Assembly (NCBI RefSeq): GCF_024521635.1
Contig: NW_026250412.1
Span: 682,001 to 746,000, forward strand
From: Tricharina praecox
Lineage: Eukaryota
Direction of reading: 5' to 3'
Length of the DNA stretch: 64,000 nt
Below the pieces are notes generated by a model. The model was given only the letters and a program-made list of their open reading frames with translations. It was not told where the DNA came from and ran no database searches. Below, piece by piece: positions 48,158 through 59,769 of this stretch. The position numbers and the translations under genes are program-made. Within the stretch, counting starts at the first letter, position 1; every line of letters starts with the position of its first letter.

Positions 48158-50375
48158 ATGATCAAACGCTCCGGCCAACCATGGGGGGCGGGCCTTCTCG
48201 GCCTGCTGCGCTCTCTCGGCCTGCCGCGAAAGCGCTTCATGCTGATCGGCCTGTTCTCCGTCATCTTCCTGATGTACACCTTCATCAACTACAGCAACGC
48301 CATCCACGCGCGGCTCGGCTTTGGCATCGTGTCGGCGCAGGCCCCCGTCGACACCATTCCCGTGTGCATCTCGCCGCTCGGCGTCTCGCCCACCGTCCCG
48401 CCGCTCAATAACCAGCTGCCGGTCCAGGACGTCATCGTTCACACACCACCACCATCGCCATCATCATCCCCGGTCGGCAACGACGACGGCGATGCCGACA
48501 AGAAGGAGGCAATGCATCCGATCCCGCACTTGATGGAGGCCGCAGAGGCAAAGTGGGCCGCTATGCTGCAGCGACAGTCGAGCACACTCGACGCCGCAGT
48601 CAAGGAGTACAAGCGGCGGTACGGCATGGCGCCGCCGGACGGCTTCGATCTGTGGTTTGAGTATGCACGGAGCAACAACCTGAAGCTGGTGGACGAGTAC
48701 GACGACCTGATGGCGACGCTTGCGCCGCTGCGGAGGCTGGGGCCGAAGGAGGCCCGGCGCAGAGCTGAGAATATGCTCAAGTTTGGGTTCGAGGAGTCGA
48801 TTGGTGGGTTGGTCATCGATGCGAAAGATGGCGTGTTTTCGTACTGGAAGGATCCCAAGGCGGAGGAGGAGAAGAGGAATAGGAAGAAGAATAAGGCGGC
48901 TAAAAGGAGTCTGGTTGAGATGGAGGGTGAGGATGAGGGTGGTTATCGTACCCGTGGATTGCTCCGTATGCTCGAGCCGCTGAAGGATGTTCTGGGTGAG
49001 AAGGTGGCCGAGTGGCCGGCGTTTGCCATTCCTGTCAATGAGTTGGCCGAGGCAAGGGTGGTGGGCGGTGACGATGAGAAGTGGAAGGCCCAGACGGATG
49101 CGTTGGAGACGAAGAAAGAAAAGTATGAGTTGGATGATCTATGGCACCGGCACCAGGTTGCGGCTAGAACCCTCTCGGAAGACCTGATCCATGCTTGTGA
49201 TGCCAACAGCCGTTACGGAAAGATGGCGGTGGGGACCAGGTTCGAGTTTGGCATTCACGAAGTTCTGGGTTCGAATGGCGACTTGAAGGGAGAGGGTTCC
49301 AAGGCCGAGTTCGTGACGGACCCGAATGCGGATAATGACATGTGCGAGAGACCAGAACTGATGGCTGTACGTTCCTCTTTCTTTCTTGCTTTATTTTGTC
49401 ATATCACTAACGCTCGTGCACAGCTCCATGGAGTCCACCGCGGAACACGTTCCACAACGAAGGGCCTGTATCCCATGCTTTCCTACGGTCACCCCAGCGC
49501 CTTCAACGACATCGCCATTCCCTCCCGCTATCAATGGGATGTCGACGGCTCGTACGAATACTACGACGGCGATGACGTCGCTTGGGAAGAGAAGGAATCC
49601 AAGATCTACTGGCGCGGCGAACCCAGCGGCGGCGGCCACGGCGACCAATACTACGGCAGCGTACATCCCCCGTCTCCCTCCGCAACGCACCCTCTAACCC
49701 GTCTAGATGCACCGCCACCGCCTCGTAGCCCTAACCAACCCAGCGCACTTCAAGACCTCCGTCCTTGTCAGCGGTGCCTCCGCCTCCGGGGCGCTGATCC
49801 AAAGCACCGAGCCCGCGCACATCGCCCAGACCCTGACGAACATAACCTTTTCGGACATCAGCAGCATGTGCGAGATGTTCGGGTGCGATCTGCCCAGCAT
49901 ATTCCCGTTCGAGGAGCGCAACGATTTCAGCGAGGCCTGGAAGAACAAGCTGGTAATCGACAGCGACGGCTGGGGCCCCAGCGGGCGCTGGCGCGCCCTC
50001 ATGGCTAGCAAGAGTACCGCTATCAGAAGCAGCATATACCGTGAGTGGTTCGGTGAGCGACAGATGCCTTGGGTCCATTATGTTCCGGCGTCCGTGGGAC
50101 TGGGCGAGCTGTGGGGGCTGCTGGGGTTCTTCTTGGGCACCAGTGAGAGCCCGACGCATGATGCAGAGGCTAGGAAGATCGCAGAGCAGGGCGCGTTGTG
50201 GGTTAAGGAGCATATGCGCAAGTAAGTCTCCCGTGCACACACACACACCCCCTCCCTCCATCACTCCATCAGCTACTAACAAAAATATAGACAAGACATG
50301 ACAATCTACTGCTTCCGTCTAGTGCTGGAGTTGAATCGGCTGTTTAATGGCGAGGAGTGGGTGTATAAGGGCTGA
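48158..50375 (+). CDS. CAP10-like glycosyltransferase family 90 (Cxt1-type beta-1,2-xylosyltransferase-like), type II membrane protein; introns 49367-49423, 49661-49706, 50222-50290
   Basis: N-terminal TM segment, HPIPHLM..QSSTLDAAVKEYKRRYGMAPPDGFDLWF, WEEKESKIYWRG, KLVIDSDGWGPSGRWRALM, SIYREWF...PWVHYVP and DMTIYCFRLVLE. Confidence 0.9.
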
Positions 50376-51169
50376 TTGATTGATTGATTTTCTACATTTT
50401 TTGGTTCGGAGTTTGACTTTGGTTTTGGTTTTTTTTGGGGCGTTATCAGCGAATATTATTGGATATTGGATAGCATATATGGCATGGGATATGGCATTGT
50501 TAGATACCGGTCTTTTTCGTTTTCCGCATGGGTGGGTTGGGGGAATGAGAGGGCAACGGGGGGGAAAGGGGGGATGCTGTGTATATAGATTTTTTCATTT
50601 TGTAATGCATTTGCATGGAAGACATTGGACAAGCCTTGGGTTGTGCATGTGATTCTGTCCTGACGAGTCCAAGAGTGAATCCAGGTCAACAGGGTGCATA
50701 AATATCACTCGGATCATTTTCCAAGCACACTTTCCTGCAAGCCGGCAGGTATTCCTTCATAATATCCTCGGTGAGGGTGGACATTTCCAAGTATTTAACC
50801 CCAAAAGCACCCGCTGTTCGGCGTATCTGTAAATACCCGTTTCCACTATCGGGACTCGGGAGCTGGCCCACTACTATACTATTACTACTAGAGTGACTAC
50901 CAGCCCGCTGCCTGGTACCCTTCCAGGCCCATTATTCCAAGCCCGGTATTCCAAGCCTGCACTTCATGATTCATCCAAGTCCGGAGGACTCGCATACTAT
51001 ACACTTATTTAGAGTACACCTGGAGTACAGGTACGCTAGCTATAAGTAGATCGGAGAGGGTATTAGAAGGAACTGTTACTGGTCTGGTCTACTGGGCTGG
51101 TATCGTATCGTGCTGTCACTGGGTGGTTTGGTCTTGGACCCTTGGCCGGGGTACAGCACTCGGGCACAG

Positions 51170-51795
51170 CACTCGGGTTGCTTAATGATTGCCGATTGTT
51201 GCTTGCCGATTGCCGGTAGCGGATTACCACCGCTCTGCCTGCGCCCTCGGAGTGAGTGAGTGAGTGAGTGAGTGAGTGAGTCTCAGGGTGCGACCAGCAC
51301 TTCCACATACCGTATTATTCCCGTATCATTCCCGGCTTATTCCCGTCTTGTGGCTGGAGGATAAATGGGCTGCTCGAGCACGAATGGGCTGCTCGAGTAT
51401 GAATGGCTGCTCGCGCACGGATAGGCTGCTCAAGCACGAATGGGCTGCTCAAGTATGAATGGTTGTTAGAGGATGAATGGGCTGCTCGAGCACGAATAGA
51501 CTACTCAAGCACGAATGGGCTGCTCGAGCACGAATGGGCTGCTGAAGCACGAATAGGCTACTCGAGCACGCCGAGTCCTCGGTCACATCACTCGGGTACA
51601 TCATCTGGGCTGGTTGCTCATTGCTGATTACTGGCAGCCGGTTGCCGCCGCTGTCGACCTACGCCTAAGGAGTGAGGAGTGAGTGAGTCTCGTAGTGCGG
51701 CCGAGCATTCTCCCGCACCAATTATTCCCGTCTTGCGGCTGGAAGATGAATGGACCGCTCAAGCGCGAATGGGTTGCTCGAGCACGCCGAATCCT
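51170..51795. repeat. ~410-bp degenerate tandem duplication containing a 19-bp minisatellite (GAATGGGCTGCTCGAGCAC, ~11 copies at 51362-51570)
   Basis: GAGTGAGTGAGTCTC...ATTCCCGTCTTG.GGCTGGA.GAT.AATGG occurs at ~51270-51370 and ~51677-51755. Confidence 0.85.
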
Positions 51796-52264
51796 TGGGC
51801 ATACCTATAGAACCTAGCTTTCTTCCGTCGCAGACGTAAACGCTGCAAAGACTTTGTGCATAGTCTACCCTCCCTGTGTACATACGAGGACCGGAATTGG
51901 TCGCACGGCTTCGGGAACCTAATCTACTAATCTACCATCGTCTTCCGTCACCGTTCGAATCATCGTTAGATCTACGGAAGTTGCGAGGAGAGCTTGGATT
52001 CTTTGTCAATATGTGCTAACCTGGCCATTCACAGATATCACTCGTGCTCTGGATAATAAAATAATTCCGACTTCAATTATTCCAGGACCACAGAGCGAGG
52101 ACTTTGCACTGAGTCCCTAAGAAGTCAAGTTCAAGTCCACCGTTCCTCATTTTCGGAACCCAGAAAATCCGCATGAGCGGAGGAAGCTAAAATACATGTC
52201 CGAGTGACATAAAAAAAACCATCAACCCATAAAATACAAATCCATCCATGCAAGCAATCAATCT

Positions 52265-55200
52265 CTAAACAACCACCAAAACACCCGCATCGTCGTTCAG
52301 CTTGAATTGAGCATAACGTCCTCTGAACCTCACCATGTCCTCCTTCTCCGGACCACCAGCTTTGAGCTCGCGCATCAACCAGACTCTAAGCATCTTCTTC
52401 TTTGGGTACTCAAAGCACTCAACGACAGTCATCAGTGCATCGGCATCCCACTTTCTTCCTTGCTCCGCAAGCTCACGGACCCTCTTCTCGACCCCATCCC
52501 ACTCCAGAACGGCGTGTTTTCCCATCCCCTGGGAGAGGTGCAGGTCACGTTGCCACGGTGGGTGATGGCTGAGGACAAGTCGGAGGAACCCCGAGATGGG
52601 GATGAAGAGCGGAACACCGCACGTGGTACAGTGCTGGGTGTGCTCCGTTTCGAGGAGGAACTTTAGAAACTTAACGGTGAGAATGAAGTTCCAACGGTTG
52701 GAGAGGAGCATTTCGCCTAGGATGTGGGGGTGGTTGGTCGATGCTAAGAAGGGCCGCGACGTAAGGCTTGGTGTGATTGCCTTTAGGAGAGATGAGAGGG
52801 CAGCTGTGAAGGCGGGAAGGAAGAGGCACCATTTGTGAGTATCCTAAGACCGATATTAGCAACGTGATGACAGATCCGACCAGGATGGGAACGAACGGGC
52901 AGCAGCAATGTCTGGCGGAGACGGTCCCATATGGCGGTATATAAGAATGGGTCTCTGCCCCACCACCCATAGTCACTGATCAATGTAACAAGTCCACACA
53001 TTCCGGCTAGAGCCCATGCAATCAGCTCCGAAATCAAACGCACCAGGGAGATCCCTTACGAAGGACATATGCCGTCACGTAAGGCTTCGACATAAGTGCC
53101 TTAATCATTGTTCCAATCATGTTGTTCTTCGCCTCGAGAACATCCGTGGATTCTTCCAGGATCCTTCTGCCCAGCCTATTCAAACCGACTCCTGTCACAA
53201 CAAGAAGCTCGACTAAGGCTCCTACCGATGCCGAATGGAGCGCGCTCAACCTCGAGGTGAGCAGTGGACTGTAGCAAGCCACAATGTATTGACGAGCCGC
53301 CATCTCAAGGTCAAAACGGGTGGCCAATGCGGTGCCTGAACTCCGTCAGAAAAAGTAAGGGCGCCGAGAAGAAAGGGTAGGACTAACATATTGCCTCGTG
53401 AGACCTGGCCAGCAACGTCGAAAACTGAATCATGGCTGTGAGCGTCTCAATATGCTCTTCGAGCTTCTCTAGTGGCATGCCGGCCGCTTGATTTTTTCCA
53501 CAGATCGTGCAGATCGCTTCCATATCCCTTAGGAATAGCGGTACCACTGCGGTGTTTCAATCAGCAAATAATTGCCCGTTTGTGACCGTCACAACTTACT
53601 GTCATTAATTCCTGCGACTACCTGTGCCAGTTTTGTGGCACTAGAAAGCTTATTTCTTGGAAAACAGACCAATACATTGCGGCACCTCCACCATGCTATT
53701 CTTCGTCAGTGATACTGACGGAGAGAAAGGCGGGGCAAAATTTGTACATACCTTCGATAGGAATCCACTCCGTTTCCCCGGCGGCCACAAAACATCTGAT
53801 GATAAGCATGGCAAGCTGTTGGGTTAACAGCGCCGGTTTATCCTTCTTGATAAGTAGGATGACCTTCAAGACTATGAGGAGAACCTTTTGCATTTGTGCA
53901 CCGATCTTCAACGGATTATCAGCGTTGGAGATAAACCCGGAATTGAACACTTCGCTAAAGAAGTCCTTCGTCGTTATCAGCAATACCCCACAGCCTCGAT
54001 GTAATGAACGTAACTAACATGGAATACACTAAAAGCAGTCTCGGCATGTTCCGAAATAATTTTGAACACCACATGCGTTTCGGACCATTCACCGGTGCAT
54101 GTAGTCTCGAGCCAAGTGGCGGTCATGGCCATCACAAACGTCGAATCCGTAGCTCTTCTCTTCCACAGCCAGGGAATGACCCACTCCGCATTTGCAGCCA
54201 CGAAGGATTGAGGACCAAGCTCCAGAGCATCGCGTGCGGTAGCCTTCGGAGTTTTTGATTTGCTCACCCGCGGAAGAAGACTCACGTAGCTGATGTAGTC
54301 ATGCAGCAACTCGATCACTTTAGCATCCGAACACGGCTTGAAATCTAGCTGGCGTGAGCACCTGTTTCCTCTTAGCTCGCGAGAAGAATTGTACGCACCC
54401 AGAAAACCCCGTTGGACTTGGTTGAAGATGTAAATCAGCGCCACCCTGATGGCGCTCTCCGGATGTGCCTTCAACCTCCTGTATGCCTCGGTATGCTGTA
54501 GCACAACCTCGATATTCCACGGTGCCCTGAACTCCGACATCCTTCTCGCCATCGGATCGCTGTTGATCCAGGTCACAAACATCACTCTGAGATTTGAAAA
54601 TTCATACTCCTTCGAGAAATCGTGTTTGTCCAGGGCTGCGGCGTTTGGGAAATTGAAGGGCGCCGGAGTAAACGCATTGATGTATTCGGGGGTTTCGATG
54701 CCAAATTGCCGCTCGAGAGGCTGCAGTACCGCAGTGATGATGTTGTGCACATCCGCAGGCCGCATATCCACGCGGAGCAGGCCTTTGAGCAGTGATGAGC
54801 AGTTCGGCAATTTAACTACCACAATCGTTTCGTCAGAAGCAGGAGAAAAGATGGGATGGAAAGAACACACGGAGAGACTTCGCCAGCCGTAGTGTATTCT
54901 GCCTATACTGCTCACTCTCCACGCGCCACCAATTGGCCCCGGTGGTCAACAGCAGCAAACACTGCCAAATCGGAAATGTGCACTCGGCCAGCTCATCAAG
55001 ACCTGCCCAACCTGTCACGGGAATGCTATACAATAGCTCCGAAAGCACCGTAACAGCAGTGCCATGGACATCCACCCATTCGCGGATATTCCCATGCCCG
55101 CCTGTCCCCTCCAGTGATAGCGTCTGGATACAGTAGAGGAGCAGCTCCGAGACGAAGCGGAAGCCTGAGTCACCGAGCCGGTGAAAGTTGGGGCGTATGG

Positions 55201-55585
55201 CAGTCAGGAAGGAAAGCCCCGTGGCGGCAGTCAGTGGGCCATTATCCTCCTTCTCCTTCCCTTTTCCATGGGCAGGATACCTGCCCAGTGCTGCATCGTC
55301 CTCGTGCTTGCCAGTCCATAGCATAAAGAAACGCTGCTGATAAGAACTCAAGTCTGTGTGCGTAATTTTGAAGGGGTATTGACTGAGCAGGATGTGGAGG
55401 TTGATTTCGACGAGCTGTAGGATTGTAGTGGATTCGTACTGGGCAGCCCGCATCATCAGTGTTTTCGTGGGGGTATCAATTGGACCTGGAGACTCAGTCC
55501 GGAACTGGACTGAGTCCAATGCAAGGAGGTCATGGAGGAGGGAAATGAGGGCTGAACGGGTGGTGGTGGTGGTGATGGAAGCCAT
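52265..55585 (-). CDS. Large (~900+ aa) multi-exon protein of unknown function, Leu-rich and probably alpha-helical
   Basis: Track ORFs 54833-55585, 53977-54915, 53696-53983, 53034-53327, 52783-53043 and 52265-52711 join through about 7 canonical GT-AG introns with CTRAY branch sites (e.g. 54915-54816) into one stop-free frame. Confidence 0.75.
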
Positions 55586-56424
55586 GGCTGGTTGTTGTGG
55601 TTGTTGTTATTGTTGTGGTAGTTTGAAGAGAGAAACGAAGGTGGTCGACGACAGTGAGTGAGACCGACAGTGAATGACACCAGGAAACATGCAAGAGTAC
55701 CTATTTGGACTCAATTGGTCACACAAATCATAGAATCTCACTCCATTCGCCAGTAGTTACCAAAATGTTCATTTTCCGCCAACATTACGAATGTCTTAAT
55801 TGCGGATGGGCCGGGCGGAGGGCAATAGGGAACCCACATCGAGCTCGTGGCCAGCGGTCGGAGACAGTGGGGTTGATCCGGACGTGTACACAGCCATGAT
55901 CTGCAATGGTCGAATGCTACGATAATGAAACAAACAAAAAACGAATGTCTTGACGATCAAACGAGAAAAATGATACAAGACGAGCGAGAATACAGAGGGA
56001 GACCGAATGGGAGCAGAGTAGGCAGGGGGGTATGGCAGACCTGTTTGCAGATGATCGCTGCTCCAAGGCAGTGTTGGAATTTTGAAGACCACAGACGTGG
56101 GCAGAAAGTTCGCCGTAGAAGAGGCAGAAAGTTCGCCGTAGAAGAAGCAGTCGAAGAGGGGAGTGAAGCCTCCGGAGCCAACGGGCGTACTCGGCAGGAT
56201 TCTGTGGATGTGGGTCGTGTGAATAGGCGGTGGCAACACCTGTACAGCTTCACTCGTTCTTCCATTTGGTAGGCAGCGGGCTGTGATAGCGGGGCGGGCA
56301 GAATGAGTTATTTCGGTTCATCACACTGCCACAGTCTCGAAAGGCTGTATGCAAAATTAATTGATGTTTTGTTCTCTCTCTGTCACAAGCCGTCCACTCC
56401 CACGCTCACCCAGCTCCGGTCTGT

Positions 56425-56992
56425 CTACATAACCAACTTCTGCGCCAACGTAAACCCATACGCCACAGTAGCCACAAACGCCGCCAAATTCAACAGTGAG
56501 CTAACGCCATGCATGACACCAAACCTCTTATTGAGCGCCTTCATCTCCAGCGACTTCTCGCCCTCATCGTAGTACTTTCTCCCCTCTTTACTCTCCTGCG
56601 CCTTCCTCTCGCGCATGATCGCCGTCGTCGCCGGGCCCACCGCCACTAAGTTCACCGCCGACGTGGCAAACGTGATCAGCATTGGCAGCGCGGCCTCGGT
56701 CGCCATGAGCTTGTCGTAGCTGGCCGTGGGATGCGAGAGGAGCACCGCGAGCGGGAGCGCGATCTGCATGCTGAAGTACACGGGAAAGATCCGTTGCTGC
56801 AGGAGGCCGAACATTGGCCTGGGGAGCGCGCGGAAGGCTACTACGCCGCCGATGAAGGACTGCATACATGTCAGTAGGATGCCCGCGGTGTGGGTGCAGG
56901 ATGAATACCTGGTAGAACTGCGAGCCCAGAAGTGTGCCGTAGCTGAGCACGTGCCATGCTGCGGCTGAGGTGAGAGAGGCGAGGAGAGGCAT
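56425..56992 (-). CDS. TMEM205-like (DUF4149, YPR098C-like) membrane protein; intron 56908-56860
   Basis: Spliced HVLSYGTLLGSQFYQSFIGGVVAFRALPRPMFGLLQQRIFPVYF...NLVAVGPATT...LNKRFGVMHGVSSLLNL. Confidence 0.9.
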
Positions 56993-57468
56993 ATTTTCGG
57001 TTCGGTATATATTTGTGCTTGTTGGATTGAAGTCGAGGTTTGGAAGCGTGAGCTATCTAGATGAGTAGATATAGATGTGGGGGACAGCGGTTACGGAGAA
57101 TGACCACTGCCTGAGCTCAGATGAGGTGGCATGAGTTCTAAGATCCATGACGCCACCAACTTCATCGGCTAAGGCTAGGCTAATCATGAACGGCGACTCA
57201 GGCGAAGGCTTTACCCTGTCTCGACTCTCGATTTCCAAGCTCTCGACAGCATCAAGTATGAGTATCCTGTAGTTGAATGGAGCTCGAGACGCTTCATTCT
57301 GTTTCGATGTCTCATTGAGCACGACGCAGCGTGCCGAAACCAGACCTGAATCCTCACATTTAGCACTGACCACGAATCCGCCAGGATCCCACGGAACTCC
57401 CCGTCAGCCCTACGAAGCTCACCTCGAGCTCCATCTAGCTGCCGACTGCCACCACGATTACTATTCCA

Positions 57469-58740
57469 ATGGCCGAGCTTCCCCCCTCGCGCATAGTCTA
57501 CCACCGCGTCTACGCCGACCCACCCACCCGCTCCGAGCTGGCTCCATCACAGCTGACCGACGACGGGCTCCCGCAGCTGCCGCCTCCGCCACCATCCAAG
57601 AAGCAAAAAGAAACCGCCAAACGCAAGCCGCTGCCAAAACTCACGACGCAGCGCCTCGCGCCCGTTTCCGTTTCCGCCGGCGGCAGCTTCGATGGGCCGT
57701 CCTCCCCGCTCCTCGCCGCAGCCCTCCCCCCGCCAAAAAAGAAGCGTCTACGAATAACCTGCATCTCAGACACACACAACCACACGCCTTACCTACCACC
57801 AGGCGACGTGCTGATCCACGCGGGGGACCTAACGAGCCAGGGGACGTATTCAGAGCTGTCGAACGCACTCTCCTGGCTTCAGCGGCAACCCCACGAAGTG
57901 AAGCTTCTCGTGGCAGGTAACCACGACGGCGTCTCTCTCGATCCAGAGTACACCCACACATCCACACTCACACCAGCGCAATCGCACGCCGCAAACCTCG
58001 CGCTGTTCTCGACGCCCGCCGCGGCCCGCGCAGGGATCATCTACCTCCGCCACGAAGCGCGCACGATCACGCTGCGCGACGGCCGGCGCTTCCGCGTGTT
58101 CGCATCGCCGCTCTCGCCCTCGCCCCCGCCGCCGCCGGGAAGCAAAGCCTGGGGTTTCACCTACCCCCCCTCCACCAACCCCTGGCTGTCCATCCCCGCA
58201 GACACAGACGTGCTGATCACACACACGCCGCCGAAATACCACCTGGACCGCTCACCGTCCAGCCTCCCGCCGCAGCCGCACGCCGGCTGCCCGCACCTCC
58301 GCGAGCGCCTGTCGCAGGTGCGCCCGGTACTGCACGTCTTCGGCCACGTCCACGTCGGCCGCGGCGTCGAAAAGGTGCTGTGGGATGACGCCGCGGCGCC
58401 GCGGGTGCGCCACAAGGAGGCGCGCGTGGTCGAGATCCAAGATCCGCACCCGCTGCGGATAAAGAGGCAGTTCCTCGTCGATACGATCCGTGTGAGAGAT
58501 CATGTGGTTGTGCGCGGCAGGGAGACGCTGCTGGTTAATGCTGCTATTGCCACCGGACCGTGGAGTAGAGACACCGGACATCCCGGCTGGGGGAAGGCGG
58601 TTGTGGTGGATGTTGAGGTGGAGTGTGGGGATGCGGCTACGGCTGCGGCTGCTGGTGCTCAGGATGGGTTTGGACAGGAGGGGAGGGTGCGGCTTAGGGG
58701 CGTTGGGGAGGGGTGGAGTGCCGTTGATGTTGTGCAGTGA
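57469..58740 (+). CDS. Calcineurin-like metallophosphoesterase (MPPED1/2-like)
   Basis: Motifs CISDTH, IHAGDLT, VAGNHD, LITHTPP, HVFGHVH and LVNAA; single exon. Confidence 0.92.
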   Translation: MAELPPSRIVYHRVYADPPTRSELAPSQLTDDGLPQLPPPPPSKKQKETAKRKPLPKLTTQRLAPVSVSAGGSFDGPSSPLLAAALPPPKKKRLRITCISDTHNHTPYLPPGDVLIHAGDLTSQGTYSELSNALSWLQRQPHEVKLLVAGNHDGVSLDPEYTHTSTLTPAQSHAANLALFSTPAAARAGIIYLRHEARTITLRDGRRFRVFASPLSPSPPPPPGSKAWGFTYPPSTNPWLSIPADTDVLITHTPPKYHLDRSPSSLPPQPHAGCPHLRERLSQVRPVLHVFGHVHVGRGVEKVLWDDAAAPRVRHKEARVVEIQDPHPLRIKRQFLVDTIRVRDHVVVRGRETLLVNAAIATGPWSRDTGHPGWGKAVVVDVEVECGDAATAAAAGAQDGFGQEGRVRLRGVGEGWSAVDVVQ

Positions 58741-59769
58741 CTTGTCTTGTCCGGACGGGTGAGATGGTGTGTATGAGTAGAATCATTATCGTGACACCAA
58801 TGGACAGATGTGGATGGAAAGTATTTACATTACATACAACAGGTGAAAAGTAAATCCCATCGCCGTTCCTAATAAAACGATAAAGAAAAAGAAAAAGAAA
58901 AAGAATCTGCATCACCCATCCCATCCCATCCCATAGCTGTCCCCTCCACCTCCACCTCCACTTCATACATCCCACCCCACATAATCAACATCATCAACCA
59001 TCAACCATCATGCTTTCGACGCGAATAAGTAAAAGCGGGGAGCAGAAAACAAAAAACTCAAAAACTTAAAAACTCAAAACTCAAACTCAAGAAAACAACC
59101 AAATCATATCCTCAACAGAAAACGTGAACAGGAGAAAAAAAACAGTAGCGAAACTTTTCTACCCTATAATCGTCTAGAAAGGAAAGGGGAAAAAAACACG
59201 AACCAGCCAGCCAAAGCATCCATAATTATCCATCATTATCAACCATGTGAATTGTGCACTCGATTGCACTCGAGTGCACACCGAGACCGAGACCGAGAGA
59301 CCGAGATCCAGCCAGTGGACGAAGACAGACAAGAATCAATGATATCGCACGCCCCCGAGTGTGCGAAGAATGAAGATAAAGAAACGATCAGAAACCCCCC
59401 ACCCACCCCCCATACAGTAAAACTGAAGTTAGAACCCATTTGAATGCATTTTTCATCAATCAATGCCCCAAATTCTGTTGCGGTAACACCAAATCAGACG
59501 AACTCCATGTCCTAGGAAAGAAAAAAAAGAAATAAATAAAAAAAGGCGCTCAAGAAAAGAAAGAAAGAAGAAAAAAAAGTACGAAAGAAAAAAAGAAAAA
59601 AGATGTAGGAAAAGAAAAAAGATGTAGGAAAAGAAAAAAATTACGTCCCAATGAAAATGAAAAAATGAAAACCAACCCTGTTTACCAAGCCAAACGAAGA
59701 GAAAAAGAGGCCCCCCATTATTTTCAATCAATCAATCAATCTGCACGCGCGAAGAAAGAAAAGTCACAT

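Noticed and set aside
50686-50871. Protein-like short ORF (LTEDIMKEYLPACRKV)
   Set aside because: Short, non-AUG start and no family recognised; it may be a gene relic.
51362-51570. CRISPR-like array
   Set aside because: Units are contiguous with no unique spacers, the context is eukaryotic and there are no cas genes; it is a minisatellite.
58738-58780. Stop-codon readthrough after the metallophosphoesterase TGA
   Set aside because: The context is TGA CTT rather than TGA CTA, and the extension does not end in a PTS1 tripeptide.
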